Assembly (NCBI GenBank): GCA_963667015.2
Contig: CAXXJJ010000003.1
Span: 64,001 to 128,000 of the forward strand
Source of the DNA: Desulfatiglandales bacterium
GTDB lineage: Bacteria > Desulfobacterota > DSM-4660 > Desulfatiglandales > HGW-15
Length of the DNA: 64,000 bases
Direction: 5' to 3'
This document shows positions 1-8,171 of this stretch, piece by piece. A program made the position numbers and the translations under genes. The first letter of the stretch is position 1; each line of letters starts with the position of its first letter. Below the pieces are notes generated by a model that saw only the letters and a list, made by a program, of their open reading frames with translations, was not told where the DNA came from and ran no database searches.

Positions 1-845
1 CCCATAAAGGTGCCTTTTTTGTGATTCTCTATAAAGCTGTTGAGGCTCTCTTTAAGCAGGGGGTTGTCCTTGCGCACTGCCCATGCAATATGGACACTTT
101 TCCTGAACCTGATTTCCGGGTGGAGCCTGATATCTGGAAGGACCTTTGACCATATTTCAGCAAGATGACTGTCGCATATGGTCATGTCTATAGCACCCGT
201 GTTGATCATTTCGAGGATATCCTCTGATTCAAGGTTTTCATCCGCCTCAATGATCTTTATTGGCTTCATATTCTTTAATTTAAAAACATTGTTTATTATT
301 GTCATGCTTTCAAAGTAGCTGCTGCTTTTTCTTACGAAAACCTCTTTGCCTGCAAGATCATCGCGGCTGCTGACAGGTTCCGCATCTTTATATGTTACCA
401 GTATCTCCGATATTTCAGAGAGGTATGGATCGGTAAAATCAACCTGAAGTTTTCTTTTGGGTGTGACTGTCAATCCTGCAGCGGCTATGTCACCATAACC
501 GTTGATAAGACTTTCAAGCAGCCGGTCCCTTGGCACGGGTATAAACTCAAGTACTGTTTTCAGTTTCCTCCGGCTTTTTCCCTTATTAAGCTGTTTTTCA
601 TACTGTTTTAACAGTGAATATTCAAATCCATGGGGATTTATACCGTCCAGGAAGAAATTGGTGTGGTTTATTGTGGTCAACACACGTATATACTGTCTTT
701 CCAGCATGGCCGGAAGATCATCTTTCCTGATTTCGCTGAGATGGGAGTCAAGGGGATGCTGAAGGGGTGGTTCCTGTTCATCCGCCTGAATCTGAAGAGA
801 AAAAATAATAAAAAGAATCAGCAGAAATAATTTTGATTTATCCAT
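1..845 (-). CDS. MltF-like lytic transglycosylase / periplasmic substrate-binding domain protein (runs off the window start)
   Basis: Not in the ORF track; translated by hand from ATG at 845 (AAGGAG RBS upstream). Signal peptide MDKSKLFLLILFIIFSLQIQA, then DDLPAMLERQYIRVLT...GFEYSLL...GYGDIAAAGLTVTPKR...VDFTDPY...IAWAVRK, typical of the MltF N-terminal binding domain. Confidence 0.8.
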   Translation of the reverse strand, partial: MDKSKLFLLILFIIFSLQIQADEQEPPLQHPLDSHLSEIRKDDLPAMLERQYIRVLTTINHTNFFLDGINPHGFEYSLLKQYEKQLNKGKSRRKLKTVLEFIPVPRDRLLESLINGYGDIAAAGLTVTPKRKLQVDFTDPYLSEISEILVTYKDAEPVSSRDDLAGKEVFVRKSSSYFESMTIINNVFKLKNMKPIKIIEADENLESEDILEMINTGAIDMTICDSHLAEIWSKVLPDIRLHPEIRFRKSVHIAWAVRKDNPLLKESLNSFIENHKKGTFM

Positions 846-857
846 GGTCTCCTTTTA

Positions 858-1406
858 TTAAAGGTTTTCGTCTTGAGTCTTCCAGTTCCTGTATTTCTGT
901 AACTCCCCCTGCATGGATCTTATTATTGTTGTGAGCAGGGCAATATCATCCACTAAACCCACAAAGGGAATAAAGTCTGGGATGATATCCGTCGGAATTA
1001 TAAAGTAAATCAGTCCGCCGGCGATAATCCCCAGGTTTACCGGATGGAGATTGTAGTTACCCTTAAGGGCATCCTTTGTAAGATTGTAGAGGTCTTTTAC
1101 ATCTTTGATGATATGCTTTATTGCGCCTGAAGTGTGATTGATTTTGCTGGAGAATGAAGCGTCGTTTACATACTGGCCGTAGTCTTTACCATCCGAGAAA
1201 CTGAGTATCCTGTCATAATGTTTTTTCTGCTGGGGATCGGATAAAACGCCATAGGCAATATTGAGGGTCTTTGTCATCTCCTCAGCCTTTTTAAGACGAT
1301 CAGGGTTTTTATCCGGGTGCCACTCCTTCAATTTTTCCCGATAGGCCTGTTTTATTTTGTCAGGTTCAGCGTTATCATCTATGCCAAGCAGTTCGTAATA
1401 GTCCAT
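858..1406 (-). CDS. DnaJ-domain protein fused to a DUF1232/YkvA domain
   Basis: N-terminal DYYELLG...HPDKN J-domain motif; C-terminal YFIIPTDIIPDFIPFVGLVDD matches the DUF1232 signature. Confidence 0.85.
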   Translation of the reverse strand: MDYYELLGIDDNAEPDKIKQAYREKLKEWHPDKNPDRLKKAEEMTKTLNIAYGVLSDPQQKKHYDRILSFSDGKDYGQYVNDASFSSKINHTSGAIKHIIKDVKDLYNLTKDALKGNYNLHPVNLGIIAGGLIYFIIPTDIIPDFIPFVGLVDDIALLTTIIRSMQGELQKYRNWKTQDENL

Positions 1407-1548
1407 ATTTATTAAAGAAAAAGAGGTTTAATGTTGTAAAGCAACTAAAAGATTGTCAGCAGCTCAAAATTAATTGGGGAAGTTTATTTTAATTTAATTC
1501 CTATGTCTACCAATTTCAGGATCGGTATTTTGTTTATTGGATTAAGTA

Positions 1549-1588
1549 TTGACAAAAATATCAGATGTGATATTAGGGCTATCTAATA
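1549..1588 (+). promoter_or_regulatory. Sigma70-type promoter (TTGACA) with overlapping palindromic box TATTAG-N6-CTAATA, copy 1
   Basis: TTGACA at 1549-1554; TATTAG-GGCTAT-CTAATA at 1571-1588. The same layout recurs at 7392, 33474 and 40178. Confidence 0.75.
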
Positions 1589-1606
1589 AAAGTAGAGAAT
1601 AAAAAC

Positions 1607-1686
1607 GCCTTACGGCTTTCGACCAAAACAGGTGCGTAATGAAGTGAAGGTGCAATACGGTTTTGCAACCGTTTTGCACCTTTTTT
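1607..1686 (+). ncRNA. Conserved structured leader RNA with intrinsic terminator, copy 1
   Basis: GCCTTACGGCTTTCG-ACC-loop-GGT-GCGTAATGAAGTGAAGGTGCAA...TTGCACCTTTTTT; one of four copies. Confidence 0.75.
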
Positions 1687-1704
1687 ATTTTAAGGAGGTA
1701 AGAT

Positions 1705-2076
1705 TTGGAAAAAGGATTTGAAATAGATTCAAGAAGCAGTGTCGGCAATCTTCATGTGTCTCTGGCAGGGGAATTCAACGGGATGTGTGCATGGGAACTG
1801 ATAAAGACTATAAAACTCAATAAAACATGCGGGGGCAGGGTTTTTATTAATACAAAGGAACTCAAAAAAATATCACCAGACGGGATTGACCTGTTTAAGA
1901 CCCATATGTGCGGGAATAAACTTAAAAGGGACTGGCTTTATTTTAAGGGAATAAAAGGATTTGAGATTGCCCCGGACGGAAGCCGTGTTCTTGTCTGCGG
2001 AAACAGTGATGATAAAAGGGAAAAAAAGAACCTTAAAAGGGCATTTGGACCCTTTCGGTGTGTCAGCAGGAGTTGA
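1705..2076 (+). CDS. Small STAS-like (anti-sigma antagonist fold) hypothetical protein, Cys-rich
   Basis: TTG start with AAGGAGG RBS; LHVSLAGEFNGMCAWEL...RVFINTKELKKISPDG resembles the STAS beta/alpha pattern. Confidence 0.6.
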   Translation: MEKGFEIDSRSSVGNLHVSLAGEFNGMCAWELIKTIKLNKTCGGRVFINTKELKKISPDGIDLFKTHMCGNKLKRDWLYFKGIKGFEIAPDGSRVLVCGNSDDKREKKNLKRAFGPFRCVSRS

Positions 2077-2127
2077 TGGTTCGGAATATGCTGACAGGGA
2101 TTCCGAATTACCTACAGGAGTGATTAT

Positions 2128-3057
2128 ATGGATATGGAAAAACTGGAGGAGAATGTAAGGGAACGGTTCAATATGGATCTACATGCATTCTTAAGACAGA
2201 AAATCGAAAAGGAATCATATTATAGTTATGAGGTTGCTGAAATGTTGGATATGAGCGTATCGGATGTGCGTATTCTCCGGAACGTCTTCGGTGTAAAAAG
2301 GGGAAGTGTATTTGAAAAACAGTTTAAAAAAAAATACGGCAGGGGATCACTGGAAACCTTCAGGATAATGATATCGGATTCGGATACTACCCTGGCTGAT
2401 GTGGGGAGATATTTCGGATTTTCAAGAGAATATGCACGTCAGGTTTACAGAAAAATTTATGGTAAGCCATATACTCAGAATCATGAAAGAAAAATGGCTG
2501 TATGGCAGGAAAGAAGTGAGAAGTCTAAAAAATATTATCCTGTCCCTGAAGCTGCGTACAAAATTATCTCAAAGCTTTGCACCATGGGATACAGGCCTGA
2601 GTATATCAAGCCTGGCAGCAGATACTGGATTGCAGTGAACGGGTATCGCATATTATTGAGGTCCGGGAGGCACCCTGCCAGGAACGGAAGACAGCTTTAT
2701 TTTCAGATTAACCTGGATAGAAAACTATCAAAGAAAGAACTGGATTTCTGTATCTGCATGCTTGGATATGGAACTACAGAGATATTCTATATCATACCCA
2801 CGGATATTTTGAATGGATACAGTATTTCACTGCCCACGGCCGAGAATGCGCATGGTAAGAAGTATGCAAACTATCTTGAAGCATGGCATCTCCTGAAACC
2901 GGAGGTGTCCTCTCCAGTATATAATCCAAATAAAAGACGCGGCTTTATCAACTGCAGGTCAAGGCTTATACACCCCAACCCTATCTCTATTGAAATCAGC
3001 GCCATGCTGAACAACAGGGGAACCGGAAAGGAAGAGACCGGTAAAAGTTATCTTTAA
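2128..3057 (+). CDS. Putative regulator: two HTH motifs (second sigma70 region 4-like) plus a degenerate PD-(D/E)XK-like C-terminal domain
   Basis: SYEVAEMLDMSVSDVR (HTH); TLADVGRYFGFSREYARQ resembles sigma70 4.2 TLEEVGKQFDVTRERIRQ; C-terminal LDFCICML...IFYIIP...YLEAWHLL. AGGAG RBS. Confidence 0.55.
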   Translation: MDMEKLEENVRERFNMDLHAFLRQKIEKESYYSYEVAEMLDMSVSDVRILRNVFGVKRGSVFEKQFKKKYGRGSLETFRIMISDSDTTLADVGRYFGFSREYARQVYRKIYGKPYTQNHERKMAVWQERSEKSKKYYPVPEAAYKIISKLCTMGYRPEYIKPGSRYWIAVNGYRILLRSGRHPARNGRQLYFQINLDRKLSKKELDFCICMLGYGTTEIFYIIPTDILNGYSISLPTAENAHGKKYANYLEAWHLLKPEVSSPVYNPNKRRGFINCRSRLIHPNPISIEISAMLNNRGTGKEETGKSYL

Positions 3058-3086
3058 AAAAATATTTTTAAAAAGAAGGAGAAAAA

Positions 3087-4994
3087 ATGAAAATAGCAGT
3101 TTTGATTACAGGGATATTCTTTCTGTCTTTTATTTCTGTTAAAGCCTTTGCGCATGAAGGTGAAGGATCAGAAGGAGTAGCGGAGATGGAAAAGATGGTT
3201 GTTACCGCTACCATGAACGAGAAGATCATTAAAGATGCTCCCGGATCAATCGAGGTGATAACCGAAGATGATATTATTAATATGAACGCCGAAACAGTGT
3301 CCGATGTAATTGAAGAGGCAGCTGGTCTTCTTGTGACAACCGAGACAGGGAGACAGAAAAGACCCAGTATAAGGGGAACCAGCAATAAGCACACACTTGT
3401 ACTTATAGACGGACGCAGGATAGCTTCGGGATTCAAGGAGCTTTCAGGTGTGGAGCAGATTCCGGTCGAAATGATCCGAAGGATAGAGGTAGTTCGCGGC
3501 CCATCAGCTGCTATTTACGGAAGCGATGCGATTGGCGGTGTTATTAACATAATAACAAAAAGACCTTCGGAAGAGATAAGTATTGGGCTGACCGGTCAGT
3601 ACGGGCAGAGTATTCATGCAGAAGCCGGAGAAAAAACTGGAAGCGGTTATATCAGTAATTCTTCCGGTCGGTTTGGATTTATCCTGGCAGGGGGATACAG
3701 GGACAAGGAAGGGTATGACAGGGATGGTGTTACGCCTGATGATGGTGATTCAATAGAAATGAAATCCGCAGGCGGGCATGTTTCATTCAGGATAACCGAT
3801 GACCATGAAATCCTGTCGGGACTGGAGTTTGCCGAAAGAAATAGCGTTGGGTTGAGGGATTTGGAGGGTCAGGACAGAGAGAGGGACGCCGATTACAGGT
3901 ACCTCAATTATTTTGTTGAATACAATGGCAGGGTATCAGACCTTTCCACCCTGATGCTGAGGGCAAACCGGTCTGAACATGAAACTGAAATCAATATCAC
4001 ACCCGTGACCTCCATGATTGTCGGGGCCATAGGCGATGAAAATAATTCACAGAGATTTCTCAATCAGTTTGAGGGCAAGTATACTGCTGCAATATCTGAT
4101 AAACACCTTTTGACATTCGGAACGGAATACAGGGAAGAGGGAAGGGAAGATGATTCTGGCCTCGATAATGAGATCGATAACCTGAGTGCCTTTCTGCAGG
4201 ATGAATTCCAGGTGTCTGAAAAACTTTATCTCCTGCTGAGTGGGCGATGGGACGACTATTCCACCTTTGGTTCCAACTGGACCCCCAGGATTTCGGTCTC
4301 CTACCGGATTAATAATAATATCAGGCTTAAATCCTCATGGGCACAGGGATTCAGGTCCCCTGATATGATGGAGCTGTTTGTGCCTACCTATATGAAAAGA
4401 GGAAAACAGGTTTATGAACCAAATGAAGACCTGAACCCGGAAAGTTCCGACAGTTATGAGGCCGGCATTGAAGGTGAGTTCGGAAATTTCAGCGCCCGTG
4501 CCATGTGGTATAGAAACGATATAGAGAATCTTATTGAGGCGGTATGGTATTCGTCAGAAGGCAGCGGTAACAGCCGGAAGGATTATTATCAGTACCAGAA
4601 TATTTCAAAGGCCGTTATGACCGGAGTGGAGCTGGAATGCGGATACTGGTTTGACAGCGGCCTGGGGCTGTCTGGAAATATTGCCTGGCTGGATACTGAA
4701 AACAAACTGACAGGTGAAGAACTTGAAGGCCGTCCTGACTACAAGGGAACCCTCAAAATCAGTCATGATCGTTTGCCATGGGGCCTGAACGGAAATATCC
4801 ACATCAATTATACAGGAGAAAAATATTACTCAGACGAGCCGGAGGATGATGTTACCCTGGTAAACGTATACCTTGCCAAAAAGATTAATGAAAAAATCAA
4901 GGCATTTGCCGGCATGGACAATGTTTTTAATTCGGGTGACGAGACTGAAACCGAACCGGCCTTTATTTACAGCGGCCTGTCCTTCAGGTACTAG
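3087..4994 (+). CDS. TonB-dependent receptor (CirA/BtuB-like)
   Basis: Signal peptide, TonB box EKMVVTAT, plug motif RIEVVRGPSAAIYGSDAIGGVINIITK, aromatic C-terminal residue. Confidence 0.95.
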   Translation: MKIAVLITGIFFLSFISVKAFAHEGEGSEGVAEMEKMVVTATMNEKIIKDAPGSIEVITEDDIINMNAETVSDVIEEAAGLLVTTETGRQKRPSIRGTSNKHTLVLIDGRRIASGFKELSGVEQIPVEMIRRIEVVRGPSAAIYGSDAIGGVINIITKRPSEEISIGLTGQYGQSIHAEAGEKTGSGYISNSSGRFGFILAGGYRDKEGYDRDGVTPDDGDSIEMKSAGGHVSFRITDDHEILSGLEFAERNSVGLRDLEGQDRERDADYRYLNYFVEYNGRVSDLSTLMLRANRSEHETEINITPVTSMIVGAIGDENNSQRFLNQFEGKYTAAISDKHLLTFGTEYREEGREDDSGLDNEIDNLSAFLQDEFQVSEKLYLLLSGRWDDYSTFGSNWTPRISVSYRINNNIRLKSSWAQGFRSPDMMELFVPTYMKRGKQVYEPNEDLNPESSDSYEAGIEGEFGNFSARAMWYRNDIENLIEAVWYSSEGSGNSRKDYYQYQNISKAVMTGVELECGYWFDSGLGLSGNIAWLDTENKLTGEELEGRPDYKGTLKISHDRLPWGLNGNIHINYTGEKYYSDEPEDDVTLVNVYLAKKINEKIKAFAGMDNVFNSGDETETEPAFIYSGLSFRY

Positions 4995-4996
4995 AA

Positions 4997-5518
4997 ATGG
5001 ATAATAATATTCCTAAATGTTTTATCCTGGCATCATTATTTTTTATGGTGCTGGGAGTTCTTGAAGGGATTATGCTTCCAACGAAGTTTCAGTTTCAGTC
5101 ATTTTATGCCTCGGTGCTGTATATTCCCCCGGAACTCATAAAACCTTTTTTCGGGACTTTCCTGACAAAGATACACACACATATAAACCTTATAGGGTGG
5201 GTGGGGAGCACTCTTATGGGCATACTCTATTTTATTACTCCCCAGATAAGCGGAAATTATCAATATAACCGGCCCATGGCATGGTGCAATCTGGGATGTC
5301 ATGTGGCCGGTCTTATCTTGTTCACCCTGGGGTTTCATATGACTGGCGTGGTTGGTCTTTCAAGCGGCGAAGCCCCGGGGTCCGAGGCATTCAGGTCTGC
5401 GGTCGGTCATTGTAAAGTCTTTACAATGGCCGGCGGGATACTGGTTGCTATCTCAACATTCATATTTGTCTTTAATATGGTCGGGATATTGTATGGAAAG
5501 AAACCGGAGGCGAAATAA
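4997..5518 (+). CDS. Four-TM membrane protein with HxHxNLxGW motif (cbb3 subunit I-like fragment family)
   Basis: Hydrophobic helices and KIHTHINLIGWV motif; directly follows the TonB receptor. Confidence 0.6.
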   Translation: MDNNIPKCFILASLFFMVLGVLEGIMLPTKFQFQSFYASVLYIPPELIKPFFGTFLTKIHTHINLIGWVGSTLMGILYFITPQISGNYQYNRPMAWCNLGCHVAGLILFTLGFHMTGVVGLSSGEAPGSEAFRSAVGHCKVFTMAGGILVAISTFIFVFNMVGILYGKKPEAK

Positions 5519-5529
5519 ATGAAAAGGGT

Positions 5530-6168
5530 TCAAAAAATTTTGTTTATAATAAAACTCATATAAAGACCATTTATTTCCAATCTATAATTAATAATATTGA
5601 GCTTTTGCAGCATGGATTCAATTTCTTCTGTCCTGCATGAGGCCCTTATGGATTCCCATATCCCTCTTTTTATCTTCAGGTAATAGAAAAGGCCTCCCCT
5701 GAAAAAATCATATATGTAAATAACACCATTTTCATTCAGGCAGTTATAAAGGTTTTTAATTCCCAGTAATGGATCAGTCAAGTGGTGCAATGAAAAGGTG
5801 GAGTAAATAACATCGAATGTTCCGAGACTCTTAATCAGTTCCGTGTCTTCAACAGCACCGCTTACAAACTTTATATGACTGCCAAATCCCTGGAGGCCTG
5901 AATATTCCTCTGCTACCTTTATCATGTCTGATGAATATTCAAGGCCTGTAATTTCATCAGGATTATACCCTTCCGCAACCAGGCAGGTCTGGCATCCGGA
6001 GCCAGGTCCAATCTCAAGGAACCTGCCGGATTTTTTGATCTGATCAAACCTGGAAAAGAAATCCTTGAAATAATATTTTCCTAAATTCTTCTACATCTTA
6101 AGGTGATCCTGAGTTGTCTGCTCTCCGGTTATTATTTCAAGATCGGTGTGTGGGATTCGTTTCGGCAT
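5530..6168 (-). pseudogene. Class I SAM methyltransferase interrupted by an in-frame TAG at codon 26
   Basis: From ATG 6168: MPKRIPHTDLEIITGEQTTQDHLKM*KNLGK...FLEIGPGSG...FDVIYSTFSLHH. TAG at 6093-6091, same frame as the listed ORF 5530..5925. Confidence 0.75.
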
Positions 6169-6209
6169 TTAAATTTTCCTAGGCTGTTTGTATCATTTAA
6201 AATAATAAA

Positions 6210-6237
6210 CTTTGCGTCCTTAGCGTCTTTGCGGTTA
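6210..6237. repeat. Short tandem repeat with ~9-bp period (CTTTGCGTC CTTAGCGTC TTTGCGGTT)
   Basis: Three imperfect units seen directly, abutting the stop of the 6235 gene. Confidence 0.5.
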
Positions 6238-6813
6238 ATCCTTTATTCCAATCAGCACACTGCGTCCGCCCATCTTTTTGGGATAGTCAAGTATCTTAAA
6301 CCCTAGCTCTTTTGTTAATGAGACCAGGTCTTCAAACATCTCTTTACTTACGTGCATTTTAGGTTCGGCAATAAGAATTTTTCCATTTTCATTAAGCATA
6401 GCCTTCATCTCATCAAGCAGGTTTCGGGGCGAGGGCGTTTCATGGACCATGTATACGGCAAGAATAAAGTCCGCCTTCTCCTTGAAGCCGATACTGTCCT
6501 GTTCACATTTGAAAAAACTGATACGCTCTTCAATATTATGTTTTTTTGCTTTTTTTCGCACATGGGAAAGCATCTTTTCCTGAAGGTCTACAGCTATCAC
6601 CTTTCCTTCAGGTCCGACAAGTTCTGCCATGTCTATTGTAAAAAATCCCGGTCCGCATCCTATGTCCATTGCTGTTGATCCTTTTGCAATATAAGGCTTA
6701 AGCATCTTTTTAGGGTTTTGAAAAAGCCTGCGAAAGGGATTATCCAGTATAAATGCTATCTGGTGCGGGCACACATGTGCTGACTGATTTTTTTCTAAAG
6801 CGATGTTTTCCAA
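6235..6813 (-). CDS. Class I SAM-dependent methyltransferase
   Basis: MDIGCGPG motif I, VIAVDLQ; start moved to TTG at 6813 behind an AAAGGAG RBS. Confidence 0.9.
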   Translation of the reverse strand: MENIALEKNQSAHVCPHQIAFILDNPFRRLFQNPKKMLKPYIAKGSTAMDIGCGPGFFTIDMAELVGPEGKVIAVDLQEKMLSHVRKKAKKHNIEERISFFKCEQDSIGFKEKADFILAVYMVHETPSPRNLLDEMKAMLNENGKILIAEPKMHVSKEMFEDLVSLTKELGFKILDYPKKMGGRSVLIGIKD

Positions 6814-6831
6814 TTTTGCTCTCCTTTGCAT

Positions 6832-6854
6832 TAGTGTATAGTGGCTAAATACTA
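6832..6854 (-). promoter_or_regulatory. Putative MarR operator upstream of the methyltransferase
   Basis: TAGTGTATAG-TGG-CTAAATACTA imperfect palindrome; near copy at 7332-7354. Confidence 0.65.
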
Positions 6855-6866
6855 TATGCAAAAAAA

Positions 6867-7325
6867 TTACTCCTTTGCCATTTGATAAAAAAGTTCCACC
6901 CTGTTCAGGACCTCATATAAAAAATCCTGTTTTTCATCTGATAGATCAGTGAAAAAGGCCTTAAAGCCTCCATCCATTGTTTCGTGCCAGTCCCTGTGTG
7001 AATAATAGGCAGTTTTTCCACGGGATGTAAGCTCCACAATGATTCTGGACAGGTTTGAAGGATCGGTCTCTTTTATTATAAAACCTTTACTTTCAAGCTT
7101 CTTAAGGGTTTGGGAAACAGCCCCCTTGGTTACTCCCATGAATTTTGCAAGATCCGTCACACTGAACTTTTTTTCATTATCGCCTATCAGTTCTATTAGA
7201 TGAATTTCACTGTTTGTCATGAGAAATTCTGTGCCGTAGTTTCTAGGCTTCTTTTCCAGTTCAACTGCCAGCTTTACTATCCTTGAAAATTTTTCATGCA
7301 GAATGTGTATATTTCCATGTTCCAT
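6867..7325 (-). CDS. MarR family transcriptional regulator
   Basis: VTDLAKFMGVTKGAVSQTLKKLESKGFI winged HTH. Start moved to ATG 7325 because the listed TTG start coincides with the -35 TTGACA. Confidence 0.9.
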   Translation of the reverse strand: MEHGNIHILHEKFSRIVKLAVELEKKPRNYGTEFLMTNSEIHLIELIGDNEKKFSVTDLAKFMGVTKGAVSQTLKKLESKGFIIKETDPSNLSRIIVELTSRGKTAYYSHRDWHETMDGGFKAFFTDLSDEKQDFLYEVLNRVELFYQMAKE

Positions 7326-7331
7326 AATGAG

Positions 7332-7361
7332 GAGCGTATAGGCTCTAAACACTAATGTCAA
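7332..7361 (-). promoter_or_regulatory. marR promoter (TTGACA-17-TACGCT) with overlapping operator
   Basis: Minus-strand TTGACA 7361-7356 and TACGCT 7338-7333; operator core GTATAG-GCT-CTAAAC at 7336-7350. Confidence 0.7.
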
Positions 7362-7391
7362 ATATTTTTTTAGAAAAATACTAAAAATTGT

Positions 7392-7431
7392 TTGACAAAG
7401 GATTCGGATATGATATTAGAGGATTCTAATA
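7392..7431 (+). promoter_or_regulatory. TTGACA promoter with TATTAG-N6-CTAATA box, copy 2
   Basis: TTGACA 7392-7397; TATTAG-AGGATT-CTAATA 7414-7431. Confidence 0.75.
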
Positions 7432-7461
7432 TATATTGAATAGACTAAGTTAGGGTATTGA

Positions 7462-7547
7462 GTCTTACGGCATACGGCCTTTTTGTTAAAGGCGTGTAAC
7501 GAAGTGAAGGCGCAAATGGTAATTGGTTACCAGTTGCGCCTTTTTTT
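7462..7547 (+). ncRNA. Conserved structured leader RNA with intrinsic terminator, copy 2
   Basis: GTCTTACGGCATACG-GCCTTT-loop-AAAGGC-GTGTAACGAAGTGAAGGCGCAA...TTGCGCCTTTTTTT. Confidence 0.75.
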
Positions 7548-7623
7548 ATGTCTGTTCCGTTGTGCCGGCGATTGCCGGAAGAGATATTTCTACAGCGTAT
7601 GAACAGGGTAATCTGAGGAGGTA

Positions 7624-8073
7624 ATGATGAAAAAGATACTTATTATTTTCGGTTCAACAACAGGAAACACGGAGTATATGGCTAATATGATAGGAGAGGT
7701 CTTTCTTGATGCGGACATTTTAACAGAAGTCAAGAATGCAGCAGATACCAGTATCGAAAGACTGGGAGAAGAGGAAGATGTTCTTATTTTAGGATGTCCT
7801 GCCTATGGTCACGACAGTATAGAAATGCAGGAAGATTTTGATGAGCTTTTTGAAAGGATAGAAAATATCAGATTAAAAGGAAAACGGTTCGCGGCCTTTG
7901 CACCGGGAGACAGCACCTATGAATATTTCTGTGGATCAGTGGACAGGATTGAAGAAACAATGGAAGGCCTGGGAGCAGTTAAGATTGCGGATGGGCTCAA
8001 GATTGACGGCGCGCCAGAGGATTTTGAGGATGATATCAGGGAATGGGCAGAGGTAATTGTTTCAAGCCTGTAA
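7624..8073 (+). CDS. Short-chain flavodoxin
   Basis: IIFGSTTGNTE FMN-phosphate loop; GDSTYEYFCGSVD and GLKIDG as in Desulfovibrio-type flavodoxins. Confidence 0.95.
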   Translation: MMKKILIIFGSTTGNTEYMANMIGEVFLDADILTEVKNAADTSIERLGEEEDVLILGCPAYGHDSIEMQEDFDELFERIENIRLKGKRFAAFAPGDSTYEYFCGSVDRIEETMEGLGAVKIADGLKIDGAPEDFEDDIREWAEVIVSSL

Positions 8074-8171
8074 CCTGTAAGGAAATTTTGAATAATGTCA
8101 TGCAGTGCAATGATAGGGAAAAATCCCTGTAACAATTTTTAAGTATCGGAAATTATGGAAAGGAGAAAAGA

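Noticed and set aside
502..830. Plus-strand ORFs 502-762 and 630-830
   Set aside because: Antisense to the MltF-like gene that occupies 1-845 on the minus strand.
7440..7623. Cobalamin riboswitch upstream of the CobN-containing operon
   Set aside because: No recognisable B12-element core (GGGAA...GCCACTG...GGGAAG) is present; the space is occupied by the four-copy leader.
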